Program-made: the position numbers and the translations under genes
The notes under the pieces: model-generated
What the model saw: only the letters and a program-made list of their open reading frames with translations
Database searches by the model: none
What the model was told of the DNA's origin: nothing
Shown here: piece after piece, positions 25,411 to 36,408 of the stretch
Numbering within the stretch: the first letter of the stretch is position 1
Layout of the letters: every line of letters starts with the position of its first letter
Source of the DNA: Aplysia californica
Taxonomy: Eukaryota
DNA: 64,000 nucleotides
Reading direction: 5' to 3'
Assembly: GCF_000002075.1 (NCBI RefSeq)
Contig: NW_004797302.1
Span: 1,825,390-1,889,389 of the forward strand

Positions 25411-25481
25411 TTTATTCACCTTGGCTTTCTTTGATAATATTGTAGACTCCGCACCATCAGACTTGACGGACGCGTTGTCGT
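25411..25481 (-). CDS. LOTUS-3xRRM exon 9: linker
   Basis: gtttcag|...DNASVKSDGAESTILSKKAKVNK|GTAAGT, with an alternative in-frame donor 9 nt earlier; phases 1/0. Confidence 0.7.
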
Positions 25482-25926
25482 CTGAAACACAACCAAAAAA
25501 AAACGATGACATTTTTCAAACGCCCTCCCGTACATAAATCAGGTCAGCTTCCCGAGGAAGTAGGCTTACTTTGATTAACTTATCGGAACACTAGGCATTA
25601 CCAACCCCCCAATCACACTGCCATTAACAGAGGTGATGGCCCATTCCCTGAAATGAAATGCAGCACATTTTAAAAAAGGCCACGATGACTTCTGCTGCAT
25701 TTTTTCTCAAACGCTTTTACTCAGGAAGCGAGAAAATGTACTGTGCTAAAGGACATGAACCCTTGCTTGTCACCTTGAAAAATCCACCCACCCACTTACT
25801 TTACTTTTACTTTTCCGACATAGCGGCCATTTGGGTTCTAGCCCTTCGATCTGGTCCCCACCCACTACACTCACATACTGTGATTCACAGAAAAGAACAG
25901 ATTATTTTCTACTCTCTCACACAAAC

Positions 25927-26039
25927 CTCGAGTTTTATTGTAGCCAACATATAGTTCAACGTTCGTTTGCATTTTTCCGTTCTGTTCTTGTATCATTCTG
26001 TCTCCCTCAGCCCGATTTTTCACTGTTACGAAGGCGAAG
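25927..26039 (-). CDS. LOTUS-3xRRM exon 8: RRM2 RNP1 (FAFVT) to beta4
   Basis: ttttcag|C TTC GCC...: FAFVTVKNRAEGDRMIQEQNGKMQTNVELYVGYNKTR; donor G|GTTTGT; phases 2/1. Confidence 0.88.
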
Positions 26040-26685
26040 CTGAAAATAAATCAAGCATATTATTTAACTAAATAGTTTGAGTAAAGAGAATCACATCACC
26101 ACAATATGATCACAAAGTGCAAGGAAAGAGCAATGATTTTTTTGTTTCAAGGTCATGAGTCGAATGGGTCGTGCTGTGCCAAAACGGTAACTTTTGTGAC
26201 ATCTACGATGGAAAATCTGACTAGCTCCTACTCAAATCGATCAATCCGATTTGAAGTGTGCACTGGGTATAAGGAAGTGCTTCTATAAACAAAATTTAGA
26301 TTCAACTTTTACTAGACCCTGTGGGGAAACTCAATTTACAATGACATACATCTAAACCCACAAGTCACGAACGGTCATTATATACAATATCACACAAACA
26401 GACAATCAGCACACCAGCTGGTTGCCAAGGTGCAACATCCCAGCTTTCAGCTAGGCAGGGTTAATACTGAGCAGATTTTTTTAACCAAGACTTTTCCAAG
26501 GCCAGATTTCTTTTATCAAAGACAAATAACGTGTCATTTCGTGTCTTGTTCAATGACATATCCCACCCAGAGGTCACCAACCCAAATGCCATGTCACCAA
26601 CATAATAGGCTGGACATAACTGCGAGTCTCTGCTTATTAACTACTGGGCCACAAAAATTGACAACACAAGAAGACAAAGACTTAC

Positions 26686-26756
26686 ATTTTCCGGCCATAG
26701 CATCGCACGCAGACAGAAACTGGATCGTATCTTTCTACCATCTTTCTGAACTCTTC
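26686..26756 (-). CDS. LOTUS-3xRRM exon 7: RRM2 helix1-beta2
   Basis: ttacag|EEFRKMVERYDPVSVCVRCYGRK|GTAAGT; phases 0/2. Confidence 0.82.
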
Positions 26757-27229
26757 CTGTAACACACAAATTATTAAATATTGAAATCCAACTAGTCCAT
26801 AATGTTAAAAGTTTAGACAAACAAGAAACTCTTAGGTCGATATGGAAAAGCACCACTTTTTTTCGATGAGTAGACCAAAATATATTTTCGGTTTGTTGGT
26901 TTCAGAAAAGAAAACATCCACACAATAATGGGCATTTACCACAGGGAAAGAGTAAGACAGACACACAGAAACAACAAATGGAAAGATATTTTTTTCCTGA
27001 CCATGCCTTCTTCTGCTTATAATTCAGTCTTCATTTTGACATACACAACATGTCACCTCCTACATCTGACAACTTGAGTCCAGTAACTGGTCAATCAAAA
27101 ACCCCAACTTCGAGCTATCACATTTACCCCACGCTGGTCTGGCACAACCCTGACACTCCCCCCCCCCTAGTACAGAAAGAGTTAATCTGTTCAAATGAAT
27201 CATTCTATTATTAGTACATGCAGACCTAC

Positions 27230-27300
27230 TTCATGCTCAATTCGTCCGACAAACAGATCCAAATGTTCTTCAGAAGAGCCGGAGACCACGGCAGCAGAAT
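27230..27300 (-). CDS. LOTUS-3xRRM exon 6: RRM2 RNP2 (LFVGRI)
   Basis: tctccag|...SAAVVSGSSEEHLDLFVGRIEHE|GTAGGT; phases 1/0. Confidence 0.85.
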
Positions 27301-27976
27301 CTGGAGAGACACATTCAACACATTAAGAGAGAGAGGAAAGACAAACGTGCGTTGCTGTCACACTTATTCCTACATACCTCATAAAATATGCTAACGTTCA
27401 ACACATGAGTATAAAACATGCAAAAACGAGAGACCATTTTAACATTACATTCAATTTAAACCAGTATACTACCTGAAACAGTAAACATACAGTCCAACCT
27501 GCCTCAGCAGTCACCTGCATTAACAGCACAGCCACTGTTCTGTGAAACCCTTGTGTTTTTCCTTTATCTTTAACCTGTCCCTATCCACCGTGGCTATGAC
27601 CGGTCATTTTTGCAACAAGTCAGCCTCAAAACCTGCTCATAACAATTTTGTTGGAAATGAAATCGAAGATAAAAATTAAGATAACAAATTTCAAACATGT
27701 CCATAGCAGCCACCAATCGATCATGATCACTTTTCCTTTTCTCAGTGATCTTGAGTGACAGTGACCACTAGGGNNNNNNNNNNNNNNNNNNNNNNNNNNN
27801 NNNNNNNNNNNNNNNNNNNNNNNNNNNNNNNNNNNNNNNNNNNNNNNNNNNNNNNNNNNNNNNNNNNNNNNNNAGGAAGAGAGTGGGTGTTTGTGCAGGT
27901 GAGGTGATTCTCATAGATCCCCCACCCCAAATTAGATCTACACAAGTCTATCCAAACGAAGAACGCCAAGTCATAC

Positions 27977-28341
27977 CGTGATTCTGCTCCCGTCTGTCCA
28001 CAGACTTATGTCCATTGACCATCGAGACATCACCAGCGTTTTTCTTAGCCAGGCCCGCCTTCCCATTCTCTTTTGCGCGTCTCCCGTTCTTGACCCTGTC
28101 CACTTTGACTGGCTCGTAATCACTCTCATCTTCTGCTTCTGTGAACTCTCCTCTGTTCCTTCTCGGACCTTTCTTGTTACCTCCCTTTGAAGACACCCAC
28201 GGCTTGCCATTCTTTTCAGGTTTTTCCTTCGATGACTCCGCCTTTTTCTTGTTCTGGGCCAATCTCACATCGTACTCATCTTTAAATGTGTCGACACAAC
28301 TTTTGGCCTCGGCGAGCGAGGCATATCTAACAAAAACCCAG
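27977..28341 (-). CDS. LOTUS-3xRRM exon 5: RRM1 RNP1 (WVFVRY) and Lys/Arg-rich disordered linker
   Basis: ctctgcag|C TGG GTT...: WVFVRYASLAEAKSCVDTFKDEYDVRLAQNKKK...QNH; donor G|GTATGA; phases 2/1. Confidence 0.88.
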
Positions 28342-28440
28342 CTGCAGAGAAAATTTTGATAAGACAAAAGGAAGACGGTCAGAAAAAATATAAAGCAAAA
28401 TCAGATGAATACAATATAAACTATCAAATTGGCAACAGGC

Positions 28441-28482
<42 letters not shown>

Positions 28483-29087
28483 GCCTCTGTACAATGCTGT
28501 AAGTTGTGAGTAAAAAGAAACAAATTGACATGATAACAGTCATTAAGTGCAGGTTTGTTTATTAGAGTAAAGAGAAGCACATTGACACAATAATGGTCAT
28601 TTAGTGCTAGGAAAAGGTAAGACAGACATACAGTAACAACAGAGGGAAAATAAAGAAGTAGGACCTACCCCTGGCTCCCTCCACCCACCCCCATTCAGTG
28701 CAGATAAAAGGACAGAAACAATAGCAGAACAGAAAAGAAGTAGGACCTGACAGTGGCGTCCTCCAACCACCCACCATTAGCACAGCCTATTCCAAACACA
28801 CTTTTATTTTTCCAAGCATTTTAACTCTCACAGTCCTCTGGCCACACAAGGATAATTTTCAGAACATTGGGAAAGCTATCATCCGCGAAAAATCACACTT
28901 AATTTAGCCAGTTTCAGAGAAATGTGCTCCACCCAACCAGGCTAGTCCTGAAAGGCATGGGCCAAGCTACCCGCCTACTAAATAATCTAAATGGTGCTGG
29001 TGGGGGGGCCGAAAACATTACGATTACTTTATGAAAATTGATCATGGGACAGGTCAAATAGAAAAATTGGAAGAAGTCCATATTTAC

Positions 29088-29146
29088 TTTGAAGTGATGT
29101 GGATCAATTTCACCTCGCCAACCTGCTCAAAGACCTCTCTAATGAC
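29088..29146 (-). CDS. LOTUS-3xRRM exon 4: RRM1 helix1-beta2
   Basis: ttacag|VIREVFEQVGEVKLIHITS|GTAAAT; phases 0/2. Confidence 0.85.
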
Positions 29147-29804
29147 CTGTAATGAAAGAAAGAAATCAGAACAATAAGAGCCCAGCCGCGCGAAATGAAT
29201 GAGAAAACCAATTCCAGCTAAAAATAGGCAAACATTTATTAAAGGTCAGAAGACGAAAAAACAAAACAAAAAAACAAACAAAACAAAACCAACAAACAAA
29301 AGCAGCAGAAAGGTAAACGCCTATTAAGAAAAATGTAATTGAATATATTTTATGCCCCGAGTGACATTATTTAATCAGCCAAAGCAAGCCACATTTAATT
29401 TAAACATAGTTTTTTAACCTGAGCCTGCTGAGCTACAAATTGTCTGTAAATGTTTCAACGCTCTGTAAACACAATTAAAATCAGAAATGAGGTCAGCTGC
29501 TCCAACCTTGCATGTTAGGACCAACAGGGGCTGAGGGGGATACAACATCCAAGATGATTTTTTTTTAAAGAAAAGAAAAGAAAATCCCCCCCCCCCCCCC
29601 GAGCAAAACTGATGTCTTATGCATGCTATGGTGAAGATTTTCAGAGGAACACCACCACAGACATCTGTGAGCGCCACCCTGGCAGACAACCCCAGTAACA
29701 TATCCATAAAATAGCTTGCACTGTGTCCAGTTAGGTATCAACATTTTAACAAAAAGTAATTCCAAGACAAAACAAAAATTTTCAGGAAAAAAATTCAAAC
29801 TTAC

Positions 29805-29920
29805 AGCTTTGTCATCTGCACTTGGACTGAGCTCTGTGGGCAAACATACTGAATAAAACCCACGTAAGTCTGGTTCAAGAGTGAAATCTGTGTTGTCATC
29901 AACATCATTGCTTTCTGACT
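29805..29920 (-). CDS. LOTUS-3xRRM exon 3: acidic linker and RRM1 beta1
   Basis: tttcacag|AG...SESNDVDDNTDFTLEPDLRGFYSVCLPTELSPSADDKA|GTAAGT; phases 1/0. Confidence 0.8.
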
Positions 29921-30792
29921 CTGTGAAACAAAAAAAAACAAAACAAAGAAGAAGAAATGAGAAACAAGACAAGTAACAATGAATTACATACACATAAAAG
30001 ATCAATCTTTTTAATAACTAGAGACTGGCGTGATTTAAAAACGGAGAGAACGGAAAGCCCACCAAATGTTTTATTGGCTGTTTTACTGAAATTTGAGACC
30101 ATAATTCTGTAGAGCTCTAAACAACTTTTAGAGGTAACAATTTCCATGACCAAGAAAGCATCAGCCTTAATACCTCATGTTTCTTTTTCGTATGAGATAC
30201 GGGGAAAAAAACGAGCCGAAAACACACTATATACATGTATGTACTGAATGAGTAAAAAATTACACTTCTTAGACAGGAGACGCCCCCGACAGGTGTCTTT
30301 ATATTTTAAAAATGCACGGTAGAATGGGAAGTAGTCATTCGCACAGCTCATTTTCTCGGACGAATGACCATTAGAGCAGGCTTGATTGACTTCATTTTTC
30401 CCAAACACGTGTTCTTCAGAAAAAGAAACTTTTTTGTGGTCAAGCTAAAAGGGTTATACTGATGGAAGACCTATAATTAGTTCAGAAGGTAAAAACAGCT
30501 AGGCTTAAAAGGCTACACCGGTGAAAGAACATTATTATACTCTATTATACTGTAATTTGAATTGAGGCAACACTAGCAAGGTCGAAGTAACATTTTCAGC
30601 ATATCATATGGGCACTTTGAAGGTATGAATGAATTGATGATTGATCACATTTGCATGTAAATGATAGTAAATATGCAAATGGGCAGGTGGCCATTTAGTA
30701 GAGTTTCCTCCTAAATTGGAACATAAATATCACCATGTGCAGTATATGTGTGTATCTTACTTAGTACAATCTTTTTTTATTGTATATTCTAT

Positions 30793-31013
30793 CAGGGATG
30801 TAAACAGCATTTGAAAAAAAAAAGCTAGAAAATATACGTGCACTGACTGAAATAAGAATACAATGAGACTACATTATATTTGTTTCTTTCCCTCTATTAC
30901 AACAAATAACCTCTATTTAGTGTATAATATGTATTATCTATAGTAGACTTTTGTTAAAAGCTGAGGCCCAAATGGCAAATCGGCTGGAAAAAACCAGAAG
31001 ATTTACATCCCTG
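30793..31013. mobile_element. hAT-like MITE with 6-bp TSD
   Basis: TIR CAGGGATGTAAA/TTTACATCCCTG, flanked on both sides by ttctat. Confidence 0.75.
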
Positions 31014-31346
31014 TTCTATAATTATATGTCTGCAGAACTCACTGGACGTTTAAAAAAAAAAAAAAAAAAATCTTTACTAGTTTTTGAATTACCTTAAAAA
31101 CGACTTTTGAGACTAGACTAATCATTATGGAAACTCCCACCTCTTAATTTTTAAACACATTCAGTCATATATTTTTTGGTATGTGTAACAGTAACATCAA
31201 CTATCCTGCTGGTTAAGAACGACAAAAATAAGGGGCATCGAGATGAAATGTTGCATCTCCTATAATCTGTCCGAACTGGATTAAAAAGACAACTTAAATC
31301 ATCAAAAGTGATGACAAACTACTAAAGTACATTGACCTATTCTCAC

Positions 31347-31480
31347 CTTCCCTTTTCTTTAAGTTCTGGTGATAATTTCTGGGAAGTGTTCCCTGAGCTT
31401 TTCTGGCACTGAGTGGCATGTAAGAGTCCGGTTCTCCGACACCAAACAACTTTGCACCTGAATCATTTGGATTCACGATC
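31347..31480 (-). CDS. LOTUS-3xRRM exon 2: LOTUS beta-wing and C-terminal extension
   Basis: tttcacag|G ATC GTG...: RIVNPNDSGAKLFGVGEPDSYMPLSARKAQG...KRE; donor G|GTGAGA; phases 2/1 consistent. Confidence 0.85.
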
Positions 31481-31684
31481 CTGTGAAAGAAATTACAGCT
31501 GGTCACAAATGTCCGGAAGACTGGCTGGAGTTGTCGTAAAAAGCCTATTCTATCTGACCGTAAGAGCTGCATCAAGTTACTTATTTTCTCTACAGTACAA
31601 CACAGGACAACTAGTCACAACTCCTCATAATATTATTTTCTGCAAAAGTAAACAGTTTGAAAAGTGGTGCTGTATGTAACCTTC

Positions 31685-32250
31685 AGGCCTTAAATCTGCA
31701 TTACACAATCACTGTGTACTGCCCTCGGTTGCCTGCTTTTGTGAGACATGACTGCAACCCCTCTATGGAGAACCTGGATGCTGAGCACTAGATCAAGCAG
31801 GCAGCTCAAAATGGTATGGGGGGGGGGCGCCTTCATTTTACCTTTACCATTGTATGTGTGCATAGCATGCACCAATGTACGAAGCAAGATATCCCTGAAG
31901 AAAAAAACAACAAACTGAACTGTCTGGATTTTACAACGAAAATTGGACAGATATGAGTAAAACTGAAGCGTTGAAGAATTCCAGCAGTTCAGCTGAGAAC
32001 TGCTGTCTTTATTACTTTTCTAATTCAGACAGTGTGACAGAATCAACAAGTATGACTTGAAAAACACAAGCTAAGAGAACAATATAAAAAAATACAAATC
32101 AACTGAATTGATTATTCTTAGTCATATAATAATATCTCCATGAAATGAAATATATATTGAGAAACATCAGTTCAAACAAAACATTTACAGACCATCCAAA
32201 TTTTTACCGAGGGCGGTACACAGTGATTGTGTAATGCAAATTTAAGGCCT
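31685..32250. mobile_element. MITE with ~43-bp TIRs (AGGCC termini; Harbinger/Zator-like) in the intron splitting the LOTUS domain
   Basis: aggccttaaatctgcattacacaatcactgtgtactgccctcgg versus ccgagggcggtacacagtgattgtgtaatgcaaatttaaggcct. Confidence 0.75.
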
Positions 32251-32458
32251 TTATAATAAAGGAATATATAAATTTATTATTATCAATAAATTACACTTTG
32301 TCCCTTGTGGATGGTCTGTAAATGTTGTTTGAACTGATGTTTCTCAATATATTTATAGCGCTCAACCCCGATTAAAGTACACAAGCTCTGAGCGCTAATT
32401 ACAGTCAGTGATCCAAGTCTGCAGATAAAGTATAAAACAACAATAGGTATGCACCCAC

Positions 32459-32640
32459 CTTGCAACATCTGGAATGGCTTCCATGAATTTGTGTAACGAA
32501 GAAAATCCGAGTGGTTTAAACATCAGTGGCTCACAAAGGAGCTTTTGGTAGTCGTATAGAAACTGATTTAAAGGTACTCCACCGGTTCTTGAAAGCAAAA
32601 CAGCTCTCACATTCTTTTTTACTTCTTCTGGAATCATCAT
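32459..32640 (-). CDS. LOTUS-3xRRM gene, coding exon 1: LOTUS (OST-HTH) domain
   Basis: MMIPEEVKKNVRAVLLSRTGGVPLNQFLYDYQKLLCEPLMFKPLGFSSLHKFMEAIPDVAR matches the LOTUS pattern of TDRD5/TDRD7/Oskar. Acceptor ...ttcattag, donor AG|GTGGGT (phase 2). Confidence 0.9.
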
Positions 32641-34155
32641 CTAATGAATAAAGAAAAAACAAAACAAATTAAATAATATGAGTATATAATACATTTAAAA
32701 ACTTTAAAAAGTTCCGAACCCAGAAAAACTACCACTGAGTCACAAAACACAGTATTTAGAACTCAAAAAATGAAATGGAGAAAAGATTTTCAAAAAAGGG
32801 AATACGATTTTCCAAAACTTAAGTAAATATCACAATATTTTCTTCAAACAAATCTCTTATTCAGTGTTCATCCCTAAGTACGCCAGCCTTTACTTTAAAG
32901 TGTCCATAATTAGGCTAGTTGGAGGCGGGCGGGTAAGCCCCCCACTGCCGGTCGCAAAGGTCTTCCCTCGTCTATCGTTTCCGACGTCTGACGTCACCGA
33001 GGGCACCGAGCCCAGATCGGTGCTACCTGAACCAGTGTCTCTGCCTGAACCCATCTGGATGTTCATTGTTTAGGTGTGAAGTCTGGTCAAAATAATTCAA
33101 AATGATCTATAAACTATTTAATTAAATCAGTTAAAAACAGGATTTTCTTTCCCCAAAAAAGTTTCTTTAATAAAACCCATCCAGACGTTTGACGGAAGAC
33201 ACAAGAGATATCACCAAGAACATAAGTCAGCCAAAAATGCTACAACAGATACTCCCATCACACTAAGAGACTGTACTGTAGAACTAAAGGGCCGAGATGG
33301 ATTTGGCGCCTGTATGGTAGGGAAGGGATGGAGCGGTAATTAGCCTGGACATGGTATGGTTGCGAACTGTCTAAAAATAGGTTTTATTGTCTGCTTTCTA
33401 GAAACCAGAACTGCAAGTGAATCAGGGAATGGGGTCATTATGTCAAGACGCACCAAGGGCAATAGTGCATGCATGTTCTTGACTGTGAACGTGTGCTTTT
33501 CTGTTGATCCGTGGGAAGTTATTGTTTTGTGTGTGAACAATAACGATGTGATGTGATTGTGCTCATCTTGAGTGTCGAACTTGGTTCTTTATCATCAGTT
33601 CTCTCTATATATAAAAGATTGTACCGGCACATATCTATTCTTCTCGCATGGAAGTATCAGTATTTAAATTAAACGAAGAGGCGTATAGTAGGTCTACAGT
33701 TATAATAGGCCTGTAATAAGTAGGCAATACTATTCGTTGTGCACAAATTTGTTCTTGGCGCCACTTTCTCTGGAAGTGACGCCACGCCCCTGCTAGTTTT
33801 AGTTACACTGATGGGTGGGGCTAAGGGAGGAAGCAAATTAGAAGTTCAAACGTCTCTGTTTTTAATCCATCAAACAGTGGTCCTATGAAATGCAAGCACT
33901 CGTGGTTATTGGAAGACTGATGCCTGCCATTATCAGAGAGGATAGCAGTTGAGAGATGTGAATCTTTGACCACTGCTTGCCAACCGGACAAGCAACCCTT
34001 GGCCTTGATCTCACCACTGGGTGCCTTTGCCTTTGAAACCCCCCTCCACCTCCCCCCTAAATTCCCCTGTCGTAAGACGGAAAATGGGTAAAATCTTTAC
34101 TTTCACCCCCACACACATGCACTGCTTCGGGGGTCAAAGTGTACGACTGTTTTTG

Positions 34156-34303
34156 CTACGCGCCCGGTTACCGTATGACACTGAGACTACACGCCGGTTG
34201 CCGGTTGGTTACCGTGTGCGTAGACACTGAGGCAACGTGTCCGGTTACCGTGTATGTAGACCCTGAGGCTACGTGCCCGGTTACCGTGTACGTAGACACT
34301 CAG
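34156..34303. repeat. 36-bp CpG-rich minisatellite (~4 units)
   Basis: Unit gctacgtgcccggttaccgtgtacgtagacactgag. Confidence 0.85.
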
Positions 34304-34603
34304 AAAATAAAAAGATTAGCAATAGGTAAGAAGTTAGGGAACAAGTTGGGACAATACCATGTATGAAATACATTGAAAAAACAACGCATTTAATGGCCCA
34401 TGTGGGCCAACAAGCCCCAGCTTATTCGCCCATGTGGGCCAATAAGATACGGTATTATATCTGTCTGTCTAGATCTAGGGAAGTCTGCTATTCTCACCCG
34501 GGGTGAGAAAAGAAATACGATCGACCTCTCACCACGGGTGAGACTTGCCACCGTAGGCTATTCTCACCCGGTGTGAAACAAGACCTGTTTTTCCTAATTT
34601 AGG

Positions 34604-34996
34604 AATACTTTCTATCGATGTGGATGATCAAATGGATAACGGCAAAGAAAAGATTACGTTATAGGCTATAGCACAAAAGTAAGCTAATTTTATCGACCAC
34701 AAAGATGCTATGGCTATTTCACTTTTCGAATCGAGTCGAACTACGGGGGTCGCCATTTTGTTTTGCCCGGAAGTTCTCGCAAGATCTACTTCTCCCCTCT
34801 TCTCTCTCTATCTCTTTCTGAATACTGTCTATCGATGTGGACGATCAAGTTGACCAAAACAAAGTTAAAAAATGATGTTAAAACACAAAAGTAAATTAAT
34901 TTGGTTGTCTACAAAGATGCTACAGCTATTTAACTTTTCGAATCGAGCAGAACTACGCGGATCGCCATTTTGTTTTGCCCGGAAGTTCTCGCGCAC
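34604..34996. promoter_or_regulatory. Duplicated (~212-bp offset) housekeeping-type promoter module between the divergent LOTUS-RRM and TMED2 genes
   Basis: CGCCATTTTG (YY1-like) at 34751 and 34963; CCGGAAGT (ETS-like) at 34767 and 34979; TCTCGC(A/G) at 34775 and 34987; GAACTAC just upstream of each. Confidence 0.45.
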
Positions 34997-35332
34997 TCCT
35001 CTCTCTCTCTCTCCACTGCCCACAGACAAAATTTGGCGATTTTGTAGTTTCGTTCGTTAAAGTCAAGAGTAGGGGGGGGTTTCAGGGGGGCTTCCCCCCT
35101 GACCTACAAAAATATATGGAGGTGGAGGGTCCAGGGGGGCATGCCCCCTGAATTTTATCCTAATTTGATGTTTTGCAGCTAGGTTGCATCCCTGCTCTTT
35201 GTGTAGCCTAATTCAAATAGTATTTTGTCTTCATGACTTCTGGATTTCTTCTCTGGATGTAAACAAATGGATCGTGGACTTTAACGAACGGAACTACAAG
35301 ATCAATTGTACGCTTTTAGTAGGCTAACAGTA

Positions 35333-35916
35333 GAGCATTTGCCAAAAGGTGGGATACCTGGGTGTGACAAATGAGGTCCAAAATCAACTTTATGTAATAA
35401 TTCATTAATCACCCATATTATATAGCCTAATGATTGCTCTTTCAGGCTCAGTAACTGCCAAAGCTGTATATGCAATGGTCTTGGTGTAATTCTGACTTTA
35501 ATGTCGGAAATAGCAAAAAGTTCGTTCATAACAATGATGACACAAATTTAGAAATACTCAAAGTTCCTTTCTTCAGCTAGGCTGATGTTATATTTTGAGA
35601 CATAGCAAATAACTTCCAAGCTTACATAGAATTGACTATTTATAAAAATCTTTATTAATTTTTGATAAAATTACTTTTTTGTGTCATAATAGTTATGAAC
35701 GAACAATAAGTGACCAAAATACTATCAATTATATCAAGTTTCATCCACTAGAATTGACTAAAATAACACTCTGGTCTAAATTATAGTCAAGTGATAAATG
35801 AAAGACCATTGAACAGCTATTTTTAAACGCAAACTGGTCTTAGGGCATATTATGCATAAATTTAAAGTTCGTTCATAACCATTATGACACACTGTTTCGT
35901 TCATAACTATTATGAC
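35333..35916 (+). mobile_element. Left end of a second copy of the Sola-like element, truncated by an N gap
   Basis: Near-identical to 37571-38154 but with a different left flank (cagta versus atat). Confidence 0.8.
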
Positions 35917-36408
35917 NNNNNNNNNNNNNNNNNNNNNNNNNNNNNNNNNNNNNNNNNNNNNNNNNNNNNNNNNNNNNNNNNNNNNNNNNNNNNNNNNNNN
36001 NNNNNNNNNNNNNNNNCCCCACTGTTGTTGTAGTTTGTGCCATTAATAGGCCTACATGTAAACACGGTGGGTCCACCAAAGTTAAATCCAGCCTAGATTT
36101 TTTTTCAGCATCCTCCAACCACAATCACACATTTCCCGGTCACAGCAATTTTATGCAAACTGCTAAGATACATTGGTCCGAAAAGACAACACGTCATTCT
36201 CAAAAAGAAAAAGACCTACAATGTCCGGTACTCGCATTCATAATTCATGCTTGAGAAGGAGGACACACGTGTCAAAATATGTACACAGAAGCTTTAAGGA
36301 TATGTGCCCCAGTAGACGCAGCCTTGTTAGAGCTCTACCACTGGGCTGCTGCAAGAAAGATCATGAGCGTTTACAGCAGTCCATGTCAAGAGCCATAGTA
36401 AGATCCAA

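Noticed and set aside
25508-25532. mariner-TIR-like sequence next to the exon 9 acceptor, suggesting exonisation
   Set aside because: Short imperfect match with no partner TIR found.
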